This document shows, in pieces, positions 8,467 through 18,756 of a stretch of 64,000 bases of DNA (position 1 is the first letter of the stretch; each line of letters opens with the position of its first letter). Made by a program: the position numbers and the translations under genes. This DNA comes from Nitrosopumilus sp. (GTDB taxonomy: Archaea; Thermoproteota; Nitrososphaeria; Nitrososphaerales; Nitrosopumilaceae): the NCBI GenBank assembly GCA_965205425.1, contig CBDBGZ010000009.1, forward strand, positions 800,001-864,000. Direction: 5' to 3'. The notes under the pieces were generated by a model. That model worked only from the letters and a program-made list of their open reading frames with translations, was not told the DNA's origin and ran no database searches.

Positions 8467-8591
8467 ATTTTCACTAATTCTGCAATAACATCATCCATTG
8501 AGGTAAATTCACCTGATTTGGATTGAATTTGGCCCTGAATCTTCAGCATTTCCTTGTGATTCTCGTCTGAGATACGGAGGGTTTTGACCAT
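8448..8591 (-). CDS. VapB/RHH-like small DNA-binding protein
   Basis: MVKTLRISDENHKEMLKIQG...SMDDVIAELV; start moved to ATG at 8591. Confidence 0.7.
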   Translation of the reverse strand: MVKTLRISDENHKEMLKIQGQIQSKSGEFTSMDDVIAELVKIYRKRK

Positions 8592-8767
8592 AATGTGGAT
8601 TCGATATATGCTGTATATAGAAGATACTTGAACTCTTTGAATAAACCACTTGTGCCTGTTTTTGGCATTTTTAAGGAAAAAATCCATTGAAAATTGATCG
8701 GCTAGAATGAAAAAGTAAAAATTCTTAAACCTGACACCGTTTTTACAGTTACAGGCGATCATATAGT

Positions 8768-9193
8768 ATGCAAATATCAATAAATGAACAAAAAATCAAT
8801 CAATTGGAAAAATCCGTTTTAACTTTACTCTATTTTACAAAAGATCATAAAATTCAAAGATACAATAGATTACAATTAGCACTTTACCATATGAAAGATG
8901 ATTTCCTTCCTTCATTTCAATTCAAGTCTAGCAACAAATGGGGACCAGCAGATGAAGAAATTAGAAACCTTCTTAATTTGTTATGTGGCGAAATCGATTC
9001 TGAAATTAGGAGACAACATGGAATACCTTATCTGATATACAATCTTACATCAAATGGCATGTGTCGCGCAGAACAACTTGTATCTGAATTATCTGAAAAA
9101 CAATTATCAATTTTAAAAAATATTTCAAATTGTGTCAACACTCACTATGATGAAATTTCCTTAAGACCATTAATTTCATGCTTAAATAACTAG
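8768..9193 (+). CDS. YwgA/Panacea(SocA)-like wHTH protein, putative antitoxin
   Basis: RLQLALY...FQF....WGPAD..I...L..L...Y.LT..G pattern. Confidence 0.6.
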   Translation: MQISINEQKINQLEKSVLTLLYFTKDHKIQRYNRLQLALYHMKDDFLPSFQFKSSNKWGPADEEIRNLLNLLCGEIDSEIRRQHGIPYLIYNLTSNGMCRAEQLVSELSEKQLSILKNISNCVNTHYDEISLRPLISCLNN

Positions 9194-9202
9194 GACTACA
9201 CT

Positions 9203-10582
9203 ATGGTTGTTTCATATGGTAGTATTCTTATTGCAAGAATAAACCGAAATCCTCCATTTGTTAAAAAATTACTTTCCCGACTCTTCAAAACACCAGTTCA
9301 ATTCGTTGATAATCATGAATTTGTTTTTCATGTAAAATTTCCTGGAACTCATAACGAAGAGTTCCCACAACAATTAAAATCAAAATCCTCAAAACAATTT
9401 TTTGAAGTAAGACTCTGCTGGCATGGTTTTATCTTAATTAAATTTGAAAATAACACTGAATTAAATGACGATGAAAAACAATCACTTATTACCACAATTT
9501 ATGATTTTATAGAATTTCATATTCAAAGTGAAGAGGATTTATTTGAATATGATCTTACCATAACTCCAAAAGATGAAAGAAAAATATTTCCAACTAAAAC
9601 ATTTAAAGAAATAATTTTTGATAACACATCAGATTCGCAATTAATTCTTTCAAGTGTAAAAAACTTTGGAACAATTGTTAATCGATCATTACAAAAAAAC
9701 TTCAATGAACATAATGCCACTGTTTCTAATTCTATCAGAAAAAATTACGCACATACCATTCTATTGTCATTTATGATCTCACGAAGTCAATACTTGAGAC
9801 AATTTTACGCCTCAAAACGTTGTACTATAGTTCAAAATCCCCCTGTTTTTGATCAAATAACAAATGAATATGGCAATGTGATTACCGCCAACCGTGAAAT
9901 ATTTGATGTATTGGTAGATCCTAATCAAAAATTTGTGATTGAATCATCCCAAAAGGATCAGGTATCGGTAATTTCAATGGACATTGTTGGATTTAGTAAG
10001 AGTATTTCTCAAGATGGAGGTTCATCAATACAGGAACAAATTGATCAATTTAACCTGCTTTCTAAATGGATTTTTGATTGGCTAAGAGCAAAAAAAAGAT
10101 CGACCAGTCTACCAAAACCTGGAAATTCTGTATCGACCTCAAATTTCTGGATTAAATGTGTTGGTGATGGATATATTATCGCATTCAAGGATTTTGAGGA
10201 TGCGTTGAATTTGGCCAAATATCTCCAATCTAAAGAAAAACAAAAAGATCTTCCTCTTAGAGTTGGATTGGATCATGGAACGGTGCAATCTGTAAATGAT
10301 AGCGTGGGGAGGGAAGATTTGATTGGTTCAGCAATTACGTTGGCCGTTCGTATCATGTCTCAAGCTAATGAAGGAAACATATATTCTGCAAAATCATACG
10401 TACAAAAACTAAATGACGACAATGGTGCAAATTTTGTTAGTGGTGAAGATTTAGGAGTTCATCATGTTAAACATAAAATTCCATTAGAATTCTTTAATAT
10501 TTTTGATGATAACTGTGGAAATCCAATTCATCATAAATTTGATGATGAAGAACGAAAAAATTCCCCCTGCCCTAATTATTGA
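9203..10582 (+). CDS. Class III adenylate/guanylate cyclase-domain protein with unknown N-terminal domain
   Basis: SMDIVGFSK, KCVGDGYI, LRVGLDHG, DLIGSAITLAVRIMS. Confidence 0.82.
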   Translation: MVVSYGSILIARINRNPPFVKKLLSRLFKTPVQFVDNHEFVFHVKFPGTHNEEFPQQLKSKSSKQFFEVRLCWHGFILIKFENNTELNDDEKQSLITTIYDFIEFHIQSEEDLFEYDLTITPKDERKIFPTKTFKEIIFDNTSDSQLILSSVKNFGTIVNRSLQKNFNEHNATVSNSIRKNYAHTILLSFMISRSQYLRQFYASKRCTIVQNPPVFDQITNEYGNVITANREIFDVLVDPNQKFVIESSQKDQVSVISMDIVGFSKSISQDGGSSIQEQIDQFNLLSKWIFDWLRAKKRSTSLPKPGNSVSTSNFWIKCVGDGYIIAFKDFEDALNLAKYLQSKEKQKDLPLRVGLDHGTVQSVNDSVGREDLIGSAITLAVRIMSQANEGNIYSAKSYVQKLNDDNGANFVSGEDLGVHHVKHKIPLEFFNIFDDNCGNPIHHKFDDEERKNSPCPNY

Positions 10583-10680
10583 TTATTTTTTTGATGTTGC
10601 CTTTTTCACATCTAGATTGAATCCATAATGATGATTTTTTTAAAAATGTGTTTTATTAACACGATTTAGTAACTGTTATT

Positions 10681-10998
10681 GTGAGTGATGAACTAGATCC
10701 TAGAATTGCAGGTGTAATAGGAGGTATAATCTTAATTATAATTTCTTTCATAATTCAAGATGAACGTGCACAAGCAGAAGAATATGTAAATAAAATCAAA
10801 GAAATTCCCTATCAAATAGACGCATGTAATGGAAATGTAGAATGTGAAAAAAATCTTGAACGAGTTTTAAGAACATATCAATCTGGTTTGAATACTATAG
10901 AACTTGCAAATTCAATTAAAACATTATTTTTCTGGTTTGGATTATTAGTTCTGGTGTCTCGATATTCACTCTATGGAAAGGAAATAACTAGTAAATGA
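10681..10998 (+). CDS. Small two-TM membrane protein
   Basis: Hydrophobic segments at both ends, helical loop with two Cys. Confidence 0.6.
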   Translation: MSDELDPRIAGVIGGIILIIISFIIQDERAQAEEYVNKIKEIPYQIDACNGNVECEKNLERVLRTYQSGLNTIELANSIKTLFFWFGLLVLVSRYSLYGKEITSK

Positions 10999-11071
10999 GC
11001 CTAAATTCTGATTTCTATACAGTATTTTTCTAATAGAAACCACTTTATCTTAAAATGATTTTTTTAAAATT

Positions 11072-11872
11072 GTGGATTTCAAAAACAAAGTTGTTCTCAT
11101 AACAGGTGCATCATCAGGAATTGGTAAAGAATCTGCTATAGAATTTGCAAAAAAAGGTGCCGACATAGTTCTAGTTTCAAGAACAAAAGAAAAGCTTGAA
11201 CAAGTTGCAGATGAATTAAAAAAATTCAATGTTACTACTATTACTTGTCAATGTGATGTATCTAAAAAAGATCAAGTTAAAGAAATGTCAAAAATAGTTT
11301 TAGAGAAATTTAATTCAGTTGATATTTTAGTAAATAACGCAGGTTTTGCAATCTATGGATCTGTATCTGATTTGAGTATTGATGATATAGAATCACAAAT
11401 GGAAACAAATTATTTTGGAATGATTTACTGCATCAAAAATTTTCTTCCATCAATGTTGGATAAAAAATCAGGTCACATAGTTAATGTTGCATCAGTAGCT
11501 GCAAGTTTTGGTTTACCCGGAATTGCCTCATATTGTGCATCAAAATTTGCAATGTTGGGTTTTTCAGAAGGACTAAAACATGAATTAAAAAATACTGGAG
11601 TTGGAATTACAATAGTTAGCCCTATTATGGTTAGGACAAATTTCTTTGAACATCCATCATTTGAAAAAATACCAAAATTTTCTCCAACTTCACTTAGTTC
11701 TAAAACCGTTGCAAAAGCAATTCTAAAGGCTGCAAATTCCCCTAGATTAGAAATTATAGTTCCATCTATAGTTAGAGGTGCAGTTTGGTTCAAAAACACA
11801 TTTCCATATTTAATTAATCCAATTATGGGAAAAGCTTTCAAAAAACAATTAGATTCTATGAAAAAAGATTAA
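11072..11872 (+). CDS. Short-chain dehydrogenase/reductase
   Basis: TGASSGIG, NNAG, YCASK. Confidence 0.93.
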   Translation: MDFKNKVVLITGASSGIGKESAIEFAKKGADIVLVSRTKEKLEQVADELKKFNVTTITCQCDVSKKDQVKEMSKIVLEKFNSVDILVNNAGFAIYGSVSDLSIDDIESQMETNYFGMIYCIKNFLPSMLDKKSGHIVNVASVAASFGLPGIASYCASKFAMLGFSEGLKHELKNTGVGITIVSPIMVRTNFFEHPSFEKIPKFSPTSLSSKTVAKAILKAANSPRLEIIVPSIVRGAVWFKNTFPYLINPIMGKAFKKQLDSMKKD

Positions 11873-12276
11873 TCTTCTTCTGAAACATCATCTGTAGATT
11901 CACCATTAGAGCCTACATCTAACAATTCTAAAGATTTCAAATCAAATTGGTAAATTGCTTTCATATCAATTTCTTTTTCTTTTTCAAGAAATTCTGATAC
12001 TTTTTTACTTAATGGAGCTTTATGTTGATCAAATACAAATTCATAAACTTCACCTTTTAGTAAATCATCAATCTTTACTTTTTTTGGAACATCCATAGTT
12101 ACTATATGTCGTCCATCTTCTACTGCATCATACAATTGAACATCAATCTTGTTGTCCTCATAATAGAATTCTAAAATGTAACCTTGTTTTTTTTGTTCTT
12201 CAGGTTTCTTAAATTTAGCATTTTGAATTTCATCAGTAACCCATTCAGGAATTTCATCTTCTTTCTTTTTTACCAT
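11869..12276 (-). CDS. Hypothetical protein
   Basis: Acidic 135-aa ORF with host-like composition, tightly packed. Confidence 0.75.
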   Translation of the reverse strand: MVKKKEDEIPEWVTDEIQNAKFKKPEEQKKQGYILEFYYEDNKIDVQLYDAVEDGRHIVTMDVPKKVKIDDLLKGEVYEFVFDQHKAPLSKKVSEFLEKEKEIDMKAIYQFDLKSLELLDVGSNGESTDDVSEED

Positions 12277-12283
12277 GGTAAAT

Positions 12284-12604
12284 CTACTCTACGGTTTCTG
12301 CTTTTTCTTTTTTACTTTTTGACCACCATTCAAGATAGTCATCGTGTTTGTCATCACGTGTTCTTTCTTTCTGATTTAACTTGAATCTAATATCTGAAAC
12401 TTCTTCTCTTGTTGCATACAAACCACACCGTTTACAAATGAAATGTCTTCTATTCTTCTCATCCATTTTCATTGGAATGTCAATTTCATCAAATAATTTG
12501 AATAAAGCGTCTCTACTTCTGTCTTCTTCTTCCGGAAAATCTTCTATGTATTTTGCTTCTATCTTCTTTTTTGCTCGTGATGTACATTCAGGACAGTTAG
12601 GCAC
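12284..12604 (-). CDS. Zn-ribbon hypothetical protein
   Basis: CPEC and CKRC pairs. Confidence 0.75.
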   Translation of the reverse strand: MPNCPECTSRAKKKIEAKYIEDFPEEEDRSRDALFKLFDEIDIPMKMDEKNRRHFICKRCGLYATREEVSDIRFKLNQKERTRDDKHDDYLEWWSKSKKEKAETVE

Positions 12605-12746
12605 TGATGATTTGGCTTAATTTTTTCCATAAAAGCGTTCCCACAATCTGAACTGATCGATATTGCCCGACACGCGGATTTTTTCATCATCCCTTTCGGT
12701 CCGTTCGCCCATCGAAATCCCGCGTGCCAGACGAACAAAATCATCA
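12605..12746 (-). ncRNA. Candidate structured RNA / 5' leader with K-turn
   Basis: GC-rich stem 12665-12681 with 12715-12732; G-U pairs form on the minus strand; CGGA-CC-GAAA-GG-GAU-GAUG kink-turn; outer TGATGATTT/AAATCATCA inverted repeat. Confidence 0.6.
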
Positions 12747-12756
12747 AAATAATGTA

Positions 12757-13992
12757 TTATCTCTTTTCTTCTATGGTTTGAGCAGCAATTTTTGCTGAAT
12801 TTTCTGCTCCATTAGGAACAAAGTTCTTTGAAAATTCTTTCAAACTATCCTGAAATTCTTCATAATTTTCCTTAATTTTGGATATGCCTTGAGTCACTTG
12901 GTTAGTTTTAATCGCTAATACGCCTAGATTTTTCTCCTCTGCCCATCTGATATTGTTAGTATGTTCATCATAAATTGGAATTCCAATTATTGGTTTTGAT
13001 TTCCCACCCATTATTTCACCCATAACTGTATGAGATCCATTTACAACTGCATATTTGCATAAATTCAAAATTGTGTCTTTTTCTTGTTCAGAGAGAAAAC
13101 CAATATCAATTTGAATCCAATCAATTTTTCTTTCTAAAGCTTCTGTTATTGAATATTTTTTTCCATCTTTTCCAATTACTGAATCTATGTCAGGATTATT
13201 TCTTGCATGAGAAATAATTCTTTTTTCATCATTCATTTCATTTTGATGAAATACTTCTTCATATCTTTGACCAGTACCATCATTAGTTGATTTATTTCCA
13301 GTTCGCATCCAATACCCAAATTCATTATCTTTAACTAATTTTTCAAGATCTGATTCTTTTTCTTTTTTAATTTCTTTACTATTTGTAAAATGACCAACAT
13401 AAGTAATTTTTTCTTGTACTTCTTTAATAAAATTCAAATTATATTCACACATTGTATATGGTGGAGGTGAATCTGCAACAAGAATTTTTGATGCCTTGGC
13501 AATTTGTTTAGCAACAAAGATTAATGATGGATATAGATAAGATCTTGAATTATATAATTTAGGTCTAAATTGATTTGTTACAAACAAACTAGGAATATTT
13601 CGATTCTTTGCTAGAATGTTTGAACCCATATCCCCATCATTTATTACCAAATCAAATTTTTCTTTGTTGTAGAGCTTTCTCTCTTCTCTTAAATAATTTG
13701 CAATCTGTCTTACTAATGGTGGATTTTTTGATACTGGAAGTAACAAATTCATCAAAGACATCGAAACACTAGGACCAAATTTCCCATCAATAGGAGTAGG
13801 CATTAGGATTTCATGAATTTTTTCTTTTTGATCAGGAAATTTTTTTAATAATTTTTCATAAACATGATCTTTACTTGAAAAATGAACTTCAAATTCCTCT
13901 TTGATATGGTCTTCTAAAATCTCGTTTAACCTCATCATTCGTGAGTAATGTCCACTTCCCCATGGGTAGATGAATTCTCCTATTTTGAGCAC
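12757..13992 (-). CDS. GT-B glycosyltransferase (GT28/UGT-like)
   Basis: WGSGHYSR, DLVIND, GSHTVMGE, PIIGIPIYDEH. Confidence 0.8.
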   Translation of the reverse strand: MLKIGEFIYPWGSGHYSRMMRLNEILEDHIKEEFEVHFSSKDHVYEKLLKKFPDQKEKIHEILMPTPIDGKFGPSVSMSLMNLLLPVSKNPPLVRQIANYLREERKLYNKEKFDLVINDGDMGSNILAKNRNIPSLFVTNQFRPKLYNSRSYLYPSLIFVAKQIAKASKILVADSPPPYTMCEYNLNFIKEVQEKITYVGHFTNSKEIKKEKESDLEKLVKDNEFGYWMRTGNKSTNDGTGQRYEEVFHQNEMNDEKRIISHARNNPDIDSVIGKDGKKYSITEALERKIDWIQIDIGFLSEQEKDTILNLCKYAVVNGSHTVMGEIMGGKSKPIIGIPIYDEHTNNIRWAEEKNLGVLAIKTNQVTQGISKIKENYEEFQDSLKEFSKNFVPNGAENSAKIAAQTIEEKR

Positions 13993-14022
13993 AATATGAA
14001 ATCTAATATGCCGTTTAAATTC

Positions 14023-15135
14023 TCAATGATTTTCTAAGGAATCTAAAATATCGTGCACGTTATTAGGACCAATCCTAACTATGATCTTTTTCTTTGTCTT
14101 GAGAGCAAATTCTACTTCTTTTTTTACAAATGGAGGTATTTCATTTGATGTGGTGATAACCATTTTTTTCAATTTTTTCATATTTCTTTCCAATCCGATC
14201 TCTTTAGCTTCATCAAACAAATTGGAATCCACACCAGTTAATGGAAGAATTGGTATTTTCTTTTTCTCAAATACTTGTTTTACAGAATTATCGATGAATT
14301 CAGAAGAAAAAACAAGTGGAGATAATGCTAATGATACACGTTTTGTAGGATATTGTAATAATATCTCCAAAATAGAATTTACATAAATTAAGTAATTTTT
14401 AATTCCATTAGGATTAATTTTCAGCTGTAAAAATTCAATTTCAATTTTATCTTGTACCAATCTTGGAATTATTTGATTAATTATTTTTGCAAGATTCATC
14501 AATTCTGATTTTTGTCTATAACATACAATTATTTTTATCTCGTTTCCTTGCTTAATAGTTTCAAAACAAGATACAGCTGAAATTTCGTCATACACTGCAC
14601 AAATAGTTTTTTCATTTTGTGTTTGGTATGGTATTCCACCTTTACCTTCATCAGAAAAAATACAGATGTATGCATTGTTTTTTGTAAGATATGTATATAG
14701 TAACTTGTCAAAATTTTCATCTGTACCAGGATGTGCACCTAAATTTGATTTCTTATCTATAATATTTGATGTTGCAGCAATTTCTACATCTTTAGTTACA
14801 AATCCTTTTGAAATACCGTCTACTTTAACAAGGAATTTTTCTCCCTTTAAGAGTAAATTACCACTAATGGATGTTATTTCAGAAATAATATTTTGAAAAT
14901 CATTTTTAATTTGTCTAGCAATAGCAATTTTTTTAATTCCAAAAAGTAAATTAATTGCTGATGAGGCAAAAACAGGATCATTTGCGTGTACTAAAATTAT
15001 ATCTCCATCACGTTTGACAGATTTAAATTCTTGATTTTTTATCTTGAGAATTTTTTTGATATTTATTATTAATTGTGGAATTTTATTTTTTGAAAATATA
15101 GTTGGAAAAACTATAACATATGATATTTCATCCAT
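14023..15135 (-). CDS. ThiI-like THUMP protein with degenerate PP-loop
   Basis: THUMP-like N-half, G.GGIP motif; no SGGxDS. Confidence 0.65.
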   Translation of the reverse strand: MDEISYVIVFPTIFSKNKIPQLIINIKKILKIKNQEFKSVKRDGDIILVHANDPVFASSAINLLFGIKKIAIARQIKNDFQNIISEITSISGNLLLKGEKFLVKVDGISKGFVTKDVEIAATSNIIDKKSNLGAHPGTDENFDKLLYTYLTKNNAYICIFSDEGKGGIPYQTQNEKTICAVYDEISAVSCFETIKQGNEIKIIVCYRQKSELMNLAKIINQIIPRLVQDKIEIEFLQLKINPNGIKNYLIYVNSILEILLQYPTKRVSLALSPLVFSSEFIDNSVKQVFEKKKIPILPLTGVDSNLFDEAKEIGLERNMKKLKKMVITTSNEIPPFVKKEVEFALKTKKKIIVRIGPNNVHDILDSLENH

Positions 15136-15219
15136 ATTTTCTATTTTGAATTATACTTGTTTATAATTTAGGATAAAATTTCGGGTAATCAATATAAAAC
15201 AAATAATCTAACTGTAATT

Positions 15220-15945
15220 GTGACAAAATTCACTCAAGAACAAGTAGATGAACTAAACTCAAAAATAAAAACTACTGAAGAAGCATTACAATGGGTTTCA
15301 GACAATCTTCATCCCAAAGTTGCAAAAGCATCAAGCTTTGGCGCTGAAGATGCTATAGTTATGGATATTATGTTAAAAATTAATCCTGCATTTCGATTTT
15401 TTACTCTTGATACTGGTAGATTACCACAAGAAACCTATGATATCATAGATATTGTTTCTAAAAAATATGATATTGTTGTAGAAGTTCTATTTCCAGATAC
15501 ACGAGAAGTTGAAGATATGGTAAACGAAAAGGGAATGAATCTTTTCTATGAAAGTGTAGAGAATAGAAAATTGTGTTGTGAAATTCGTAAAGTTCATCCA
15601 ATGAACAAAATGTTGAGTACCTTAGATGGTTGGATTACTGGATTAAGACGTGATCAGACTAAAAATCGAGAAAATGTTACAATTTTTCAACTAGATCATG
15701 GGCATGGAGGAATTCTAAAAATTAATCCAATAATAGATTGGACTTGGGATCAAATTCAAGAATATATTAAAAAAAATAACTTACCCTATAACAGTCTCCT
15801 TGACAAAAATTATCCAAGTATTGGATGTGAACCATGTACAAGACCTATCAAACCTGGGGAAGATTTGAGATCAGGAAGATGGTGGTGGGAACAAGGAGGA
15901 AATAAAGAGTGTGGCCTTCATATAGAGCGTAAAAGAGAAGACTAG
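15220..15945 (+). CDS. cysH: Adenylyl-sulfate (APS) reductase, CysH family
   Basis: [31 protein letters not shown]. Confidence 0.93.
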   Translation: MTKFTQEQVDELNSKIKTTEEALQWVSDNLHPKVAKASSFGAEDAIVMDIMLKINPAFRFFTLDTGRLPQETYDIIDIVSKKYDIVVEVLFPDTREVEDMVNEKGMNLFYESVENRKLCCEIRKVHPMNKMLSTLDGWITGLRRDQTKNRENVTIFQLDHGHGGILKINPIIDWTWDQIQEYIKKNNLPYNSLLDKNYPSIGCEPCTRPIKPGEDLRSGRWWWEQGGNKECGLHIERKRED

Positions 15946-15946
15946 C

Positions 15947-17089
15947 ATGTCAGATAACAATTCAATCAACCCACACGGTGGAGTACTAGTTAACAGAATT
16001 ATCAAAACTGATCCTACTGGATTATTCTCAATTACAATTAGTGAAGATGTTGCAAATGATGTTGAAAATATAGCAGATGGGATTTTTAGCCCTCTGGAAG
16101 GATTTCTATGTAAAGAAGACTTTGAAAGTGTTGTTTCTCGTGGAAGACTATCAAATGATTTAGCTTGGACTATTCCAATTGTACTTGATGTTGATGAAGA
16201 TACTGCTACTAAAATGAAAGAAGCTAAAGACGTTTTATTAAAAAATCCAGATGGCATTGGTGTTGCAGTGTTACATGTTGATGAAACTTATTCTTTTGAT
16301 AAAGAAAAAACAGCTCAAGGAGTCTATGGAACTAATGATTCAGCACATCCAGGTGTTGCATATACAATGTCAATGAAAGATTTCTTGGTTGGCGGAAAAA
16401 TTGATTATATCCAAAGACCAAATGATACTGAAATTAGAAAAAATAGATTAACTCCAACTCAAACACGAGAAGCTTTTGCAAAATCTGGATGGAAAACCAT
16501 CTGTGCATTTCAAACTAGAAATCCACCTCATGTAGCACATGAAATGTTACAAAAAACATCAATCACTACTCGTGATGGCGTGTTTGTAAATCCAGTTATT
16601 GGAAAGAAAAAATCTGGTGATTTTGTAGATGAAGTTATTGTAAAATGCTATGAAACCATGATAAAATCATACTATCCTGAAAATCGATGTCAACTAGGAA
16701 CATTACATACACAAATGAAGTATGCTGGACCAAAAGAAGCAATTCATCATGCAATTATGAGACAAAATTATGGTTGTACACACATCATCATAGGACGTGA
16801 TCATGCAGGTGTTGGAAAATTCTATGATCCAATGGCAGCACAAAAAATCTTTGATGATTATCCAGAGTTAGATATTTCTCCGGTATTCTTCCCACCATTC
16901 TTCTATTGTAGAAAATGCCTTACATACACTACTCCTAAAGCATGTCCGCATGATAACGATGTTAAAGAGCAAATTAGTGGAACTGCATTAAGAGAAATGA
17001 TTCAAAATGGTCAGGCACCATCAGAATTCATTCTAAGACCAGAAGTAGCACAAGTAATTTTGGATCATCCAAAACCATTTGTTGATTAG
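15947..17089 (+). CDS. sat: Sulfate adenylyltransferase
   Basis: [25 protein letters not shown]. Confidence 0.95.
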   Translation: MSDNNSINPHGGVLVNRIIKTDPTGLFSITISEDVANDVENIADGIFSPLEGFLCKEDFESVVSRGRLSNDLAWTIPIVLDVDEDTATKMKEAKDVLLKNPDGIGVAVLHVDETYSFDKEKTAQGVYGTNDSAHPGVAYTMSMKDFLVGGKIDYIQRPNDTEIRKNRLTPTQTREAFAKSGWKTICAFQTRNPPHVAHEMLQKTSITTRDGVFVNPVIGKKKSGDFVDEVIVKCYETMIKSYYPENRCQLGTLHTQMKYAGPKEAIHHAIMRQNYGCTHIIIGRDHAGVGKFYDPMAAQKIFDDYPELDISPVFFPPFFYCRKCLTYTTPKACPHDNDVKEQISGTALREMIQNGQAPSEFILRPEVAQVILDHPKPFVD

Positions 17090-17119
17090 ATTTTTATTCA
17101 ATCAAATTTACTCTAGCTT

Positions 17120-17788
17120 GTGAAGTATCTTTTTGCAATAATTTTATTTTTAGGAATTTCTGTATCTCCAGCCTTTGCTCAAGAAGAAAAGAATCCATCA
17201 TTAATTATTGATACATTAGAAATTCCTTCAAATGAATTCAATACAATATTACGTGAATCACCAATTAGAATTTTAGATGATGTTCATGCAGTTAGCTGGC
17301 AAGTAACCATTGATAACAATCTACTGTATGCAAATCCAAATGGAAATGCTGTTTTGAGATTATACGATCAAGCAACACATGATGAATTCATAGAAGTTGG
17401 GATGGGATCAAAACCTGACAACAAATTTTGGGTAGCAGTTCAAACTCCAAAAGAAGGTTACATTGTTGTCCACAGCGATTTAGATAGAGGTTGGTATCCT
17501 GAAGCAAAATCTATCATATCCTTTACTGATAGAGCAGGACTAACTGTGAATAACGGAGCTAGAATTGTAGTTACAAATTTGGATATAGGCGAATTTGCAG
17601 TTCATTCGTATTCAGTTCATGGAATGGAAGGCTCTACTGATCCTCCTGCAGTAAGTTCTGGAAGCATGATTATAGAATTTCTTTCAGGAGATCCTGCAAA
17701 AAACATCTTTGCACTATATCCATTTTACATGGCCGCAGCCGTGGGAGTTTTAGTTGGAGTTTTGTTTCTAACTAAAAAGCGATCATAG
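17120..17788 (+). CDS. Exported protein with C-terminal membrane anchor
   Basis: Signal peptide ending SPAFA; C-terminal TM plus KKRS. Confidence 0.8.
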   Translation: MKYLFAIILFLGISVSPAFAQEEKNPSLIIDTLEIPSNEFNTILRESPIRILDDVHAVSWQVTIDNNLLYANPNGNAVLRLYDQATHDEFIEVGMGSKPDNKFWVAVQTPKEGYIVVHSDLDRGWYPEAKSIISFTDRAGLTVNNGARIVVTNLDIGEFAVHSYSVHGMEGSTDPPAVSSGSMIIEFLSGDPAKNIFALYPFYMAAAVGVLVGVLFLTKKRS

Positions 17789-17929
17789 ACATTGTATAGC
17801 GAGAAGCATAAGTTCGTGAGTTATTTTTTAGGTGTTTCAATTTGTTTATTCGTATTTACCTATAGGCAAGATCAACTGATTCCTAGTTTTTTGAAATTAT
17901 TTAGTTCACGAACTTTATCTTTTCGCTAT

Positions 17930-18326
17930 ATATGCAACATCTGGATGTGCTGAATCATTAGAAATTCAGCGTCAAATATTGGAGGGTCCTGATGAGGGTT
18001 TACAGCACGTAGAACTTGATGCACATTGCTCAGTGAGTATATCACAAATCATTGATACTGTTGCTGGAAAAAAATATGAATTAAGTTATGCATCAAAAGA
18101 AAGACCTAATACTTCTACTCAAACAAATGGATTATTAGTTAACTTGAATGGTGATGAGATTTCTGAAATTTCAAACATGTCCTCTGATTGGAAAACTAAA
18201 AAACATAAATTTACTGCAACTGGTCCTACTACAATTGAATTTATTGATATTGGAACATCAGATAGCTATAGTACATTCTTAGATGATGTCAAAGTTACAC
18301 TATATTCTGATAAACACAACGACTAA
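17930..18326 (+). pseudogene. 5'-truncated DUF642-like carbohydrate-binding domain fragment
   Basis: VELDA..SISQ.IDTVAGKKYELSY...DSYSTFLDDV jelly-roll pattern; frame continues upstream of the TTG (ESLEIQR) with no signal peptide. Confidence 0.5.
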
Positions 18327-18369
18327 GAAAATTTCTAAATAAAATCCTATAATTAAAAACTAAATTATT

Positions 18370-18756
18370 CTAAAGAATTGTAATTTGTGTAGTAGCTTCA
18401 GTATCAATCAAAACTTTCATTTCTGTTTCTAATGCATCAAATTCTTTTTCTGAAATTATTATAAGTGGTATATTTGCTAAAGCACATCCGGTTGTAACTA
18501 TTAGATCAGCTTTTTTACAGATCATTGCAAGTGGAGCTGAATTATTTGATTTTATTGAATAGATTGTGTATGCACCAACACTACTTCCTATACCACTAGG
18601 AAAAACTAGAATGGAATCTTTAATTGATTTATTAAATAAATCATGATTTTTATCACTAATTATCCCCGATTTTTTTTCTACTGTACCCAAAAAATTAATT
18701 GCATTTTCAGATTTTAAAATTTTACCTTGAATTTTTCCTTTAACAAGAACTTTCAT
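18370..18756 (-). CDS. Aconitase X small subunit (DUF126; phosphomevalonate dehydratase)
   Basis: GIGSSVG swiveling-domain motif; coupled to large subunit. Confidence 0.88.
   Translation of the reverse strand: MKVLVKGKIQGKILKSENAINFLGTVEKKSGIISDKNHDLFNKSIKDSILVFPSGIGSSVGAYTIYSIKSNNSAPLAMICKKADLIVTTGCALANIPLIIISEKEFDALETEMKVLIDTEATTQITIL

Larger units (their letters stand above)
1..11000. mobile_element. Integrated plasmid/virus-like or defence element (one end only)
   Basis: Cluster of solo Cas4s, CARF regulator, P-loop replication-like helicase, RHH proteins, TA-like genes and a repeat tract, ending where core genes begin; no integrase or att site seen, so the boundary is approximate. Confidence 0.65.

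Noticed and set aside
9203..10998. Calling this a canonical Pycsar system
   Set aside because: The cyclase has adenine-type specificity residues; the 2-TM gene is short and 98 bp away, so it is kept only as a hypothesis
10940..11071. att site or casposon terminal repeat at the element boundary
   Set aside because: No tRNA fragment, TIR, cas1 or polB visible, and the other end is outside the window
12559..12747. 62-aa ORF; also a hammerhead-like CTGATGA...GAAA on the plus strand
   Set aside because: The ORF overlaps the next gene and is better explained by RNA structure; hammerhead stems cannot be formed around the core
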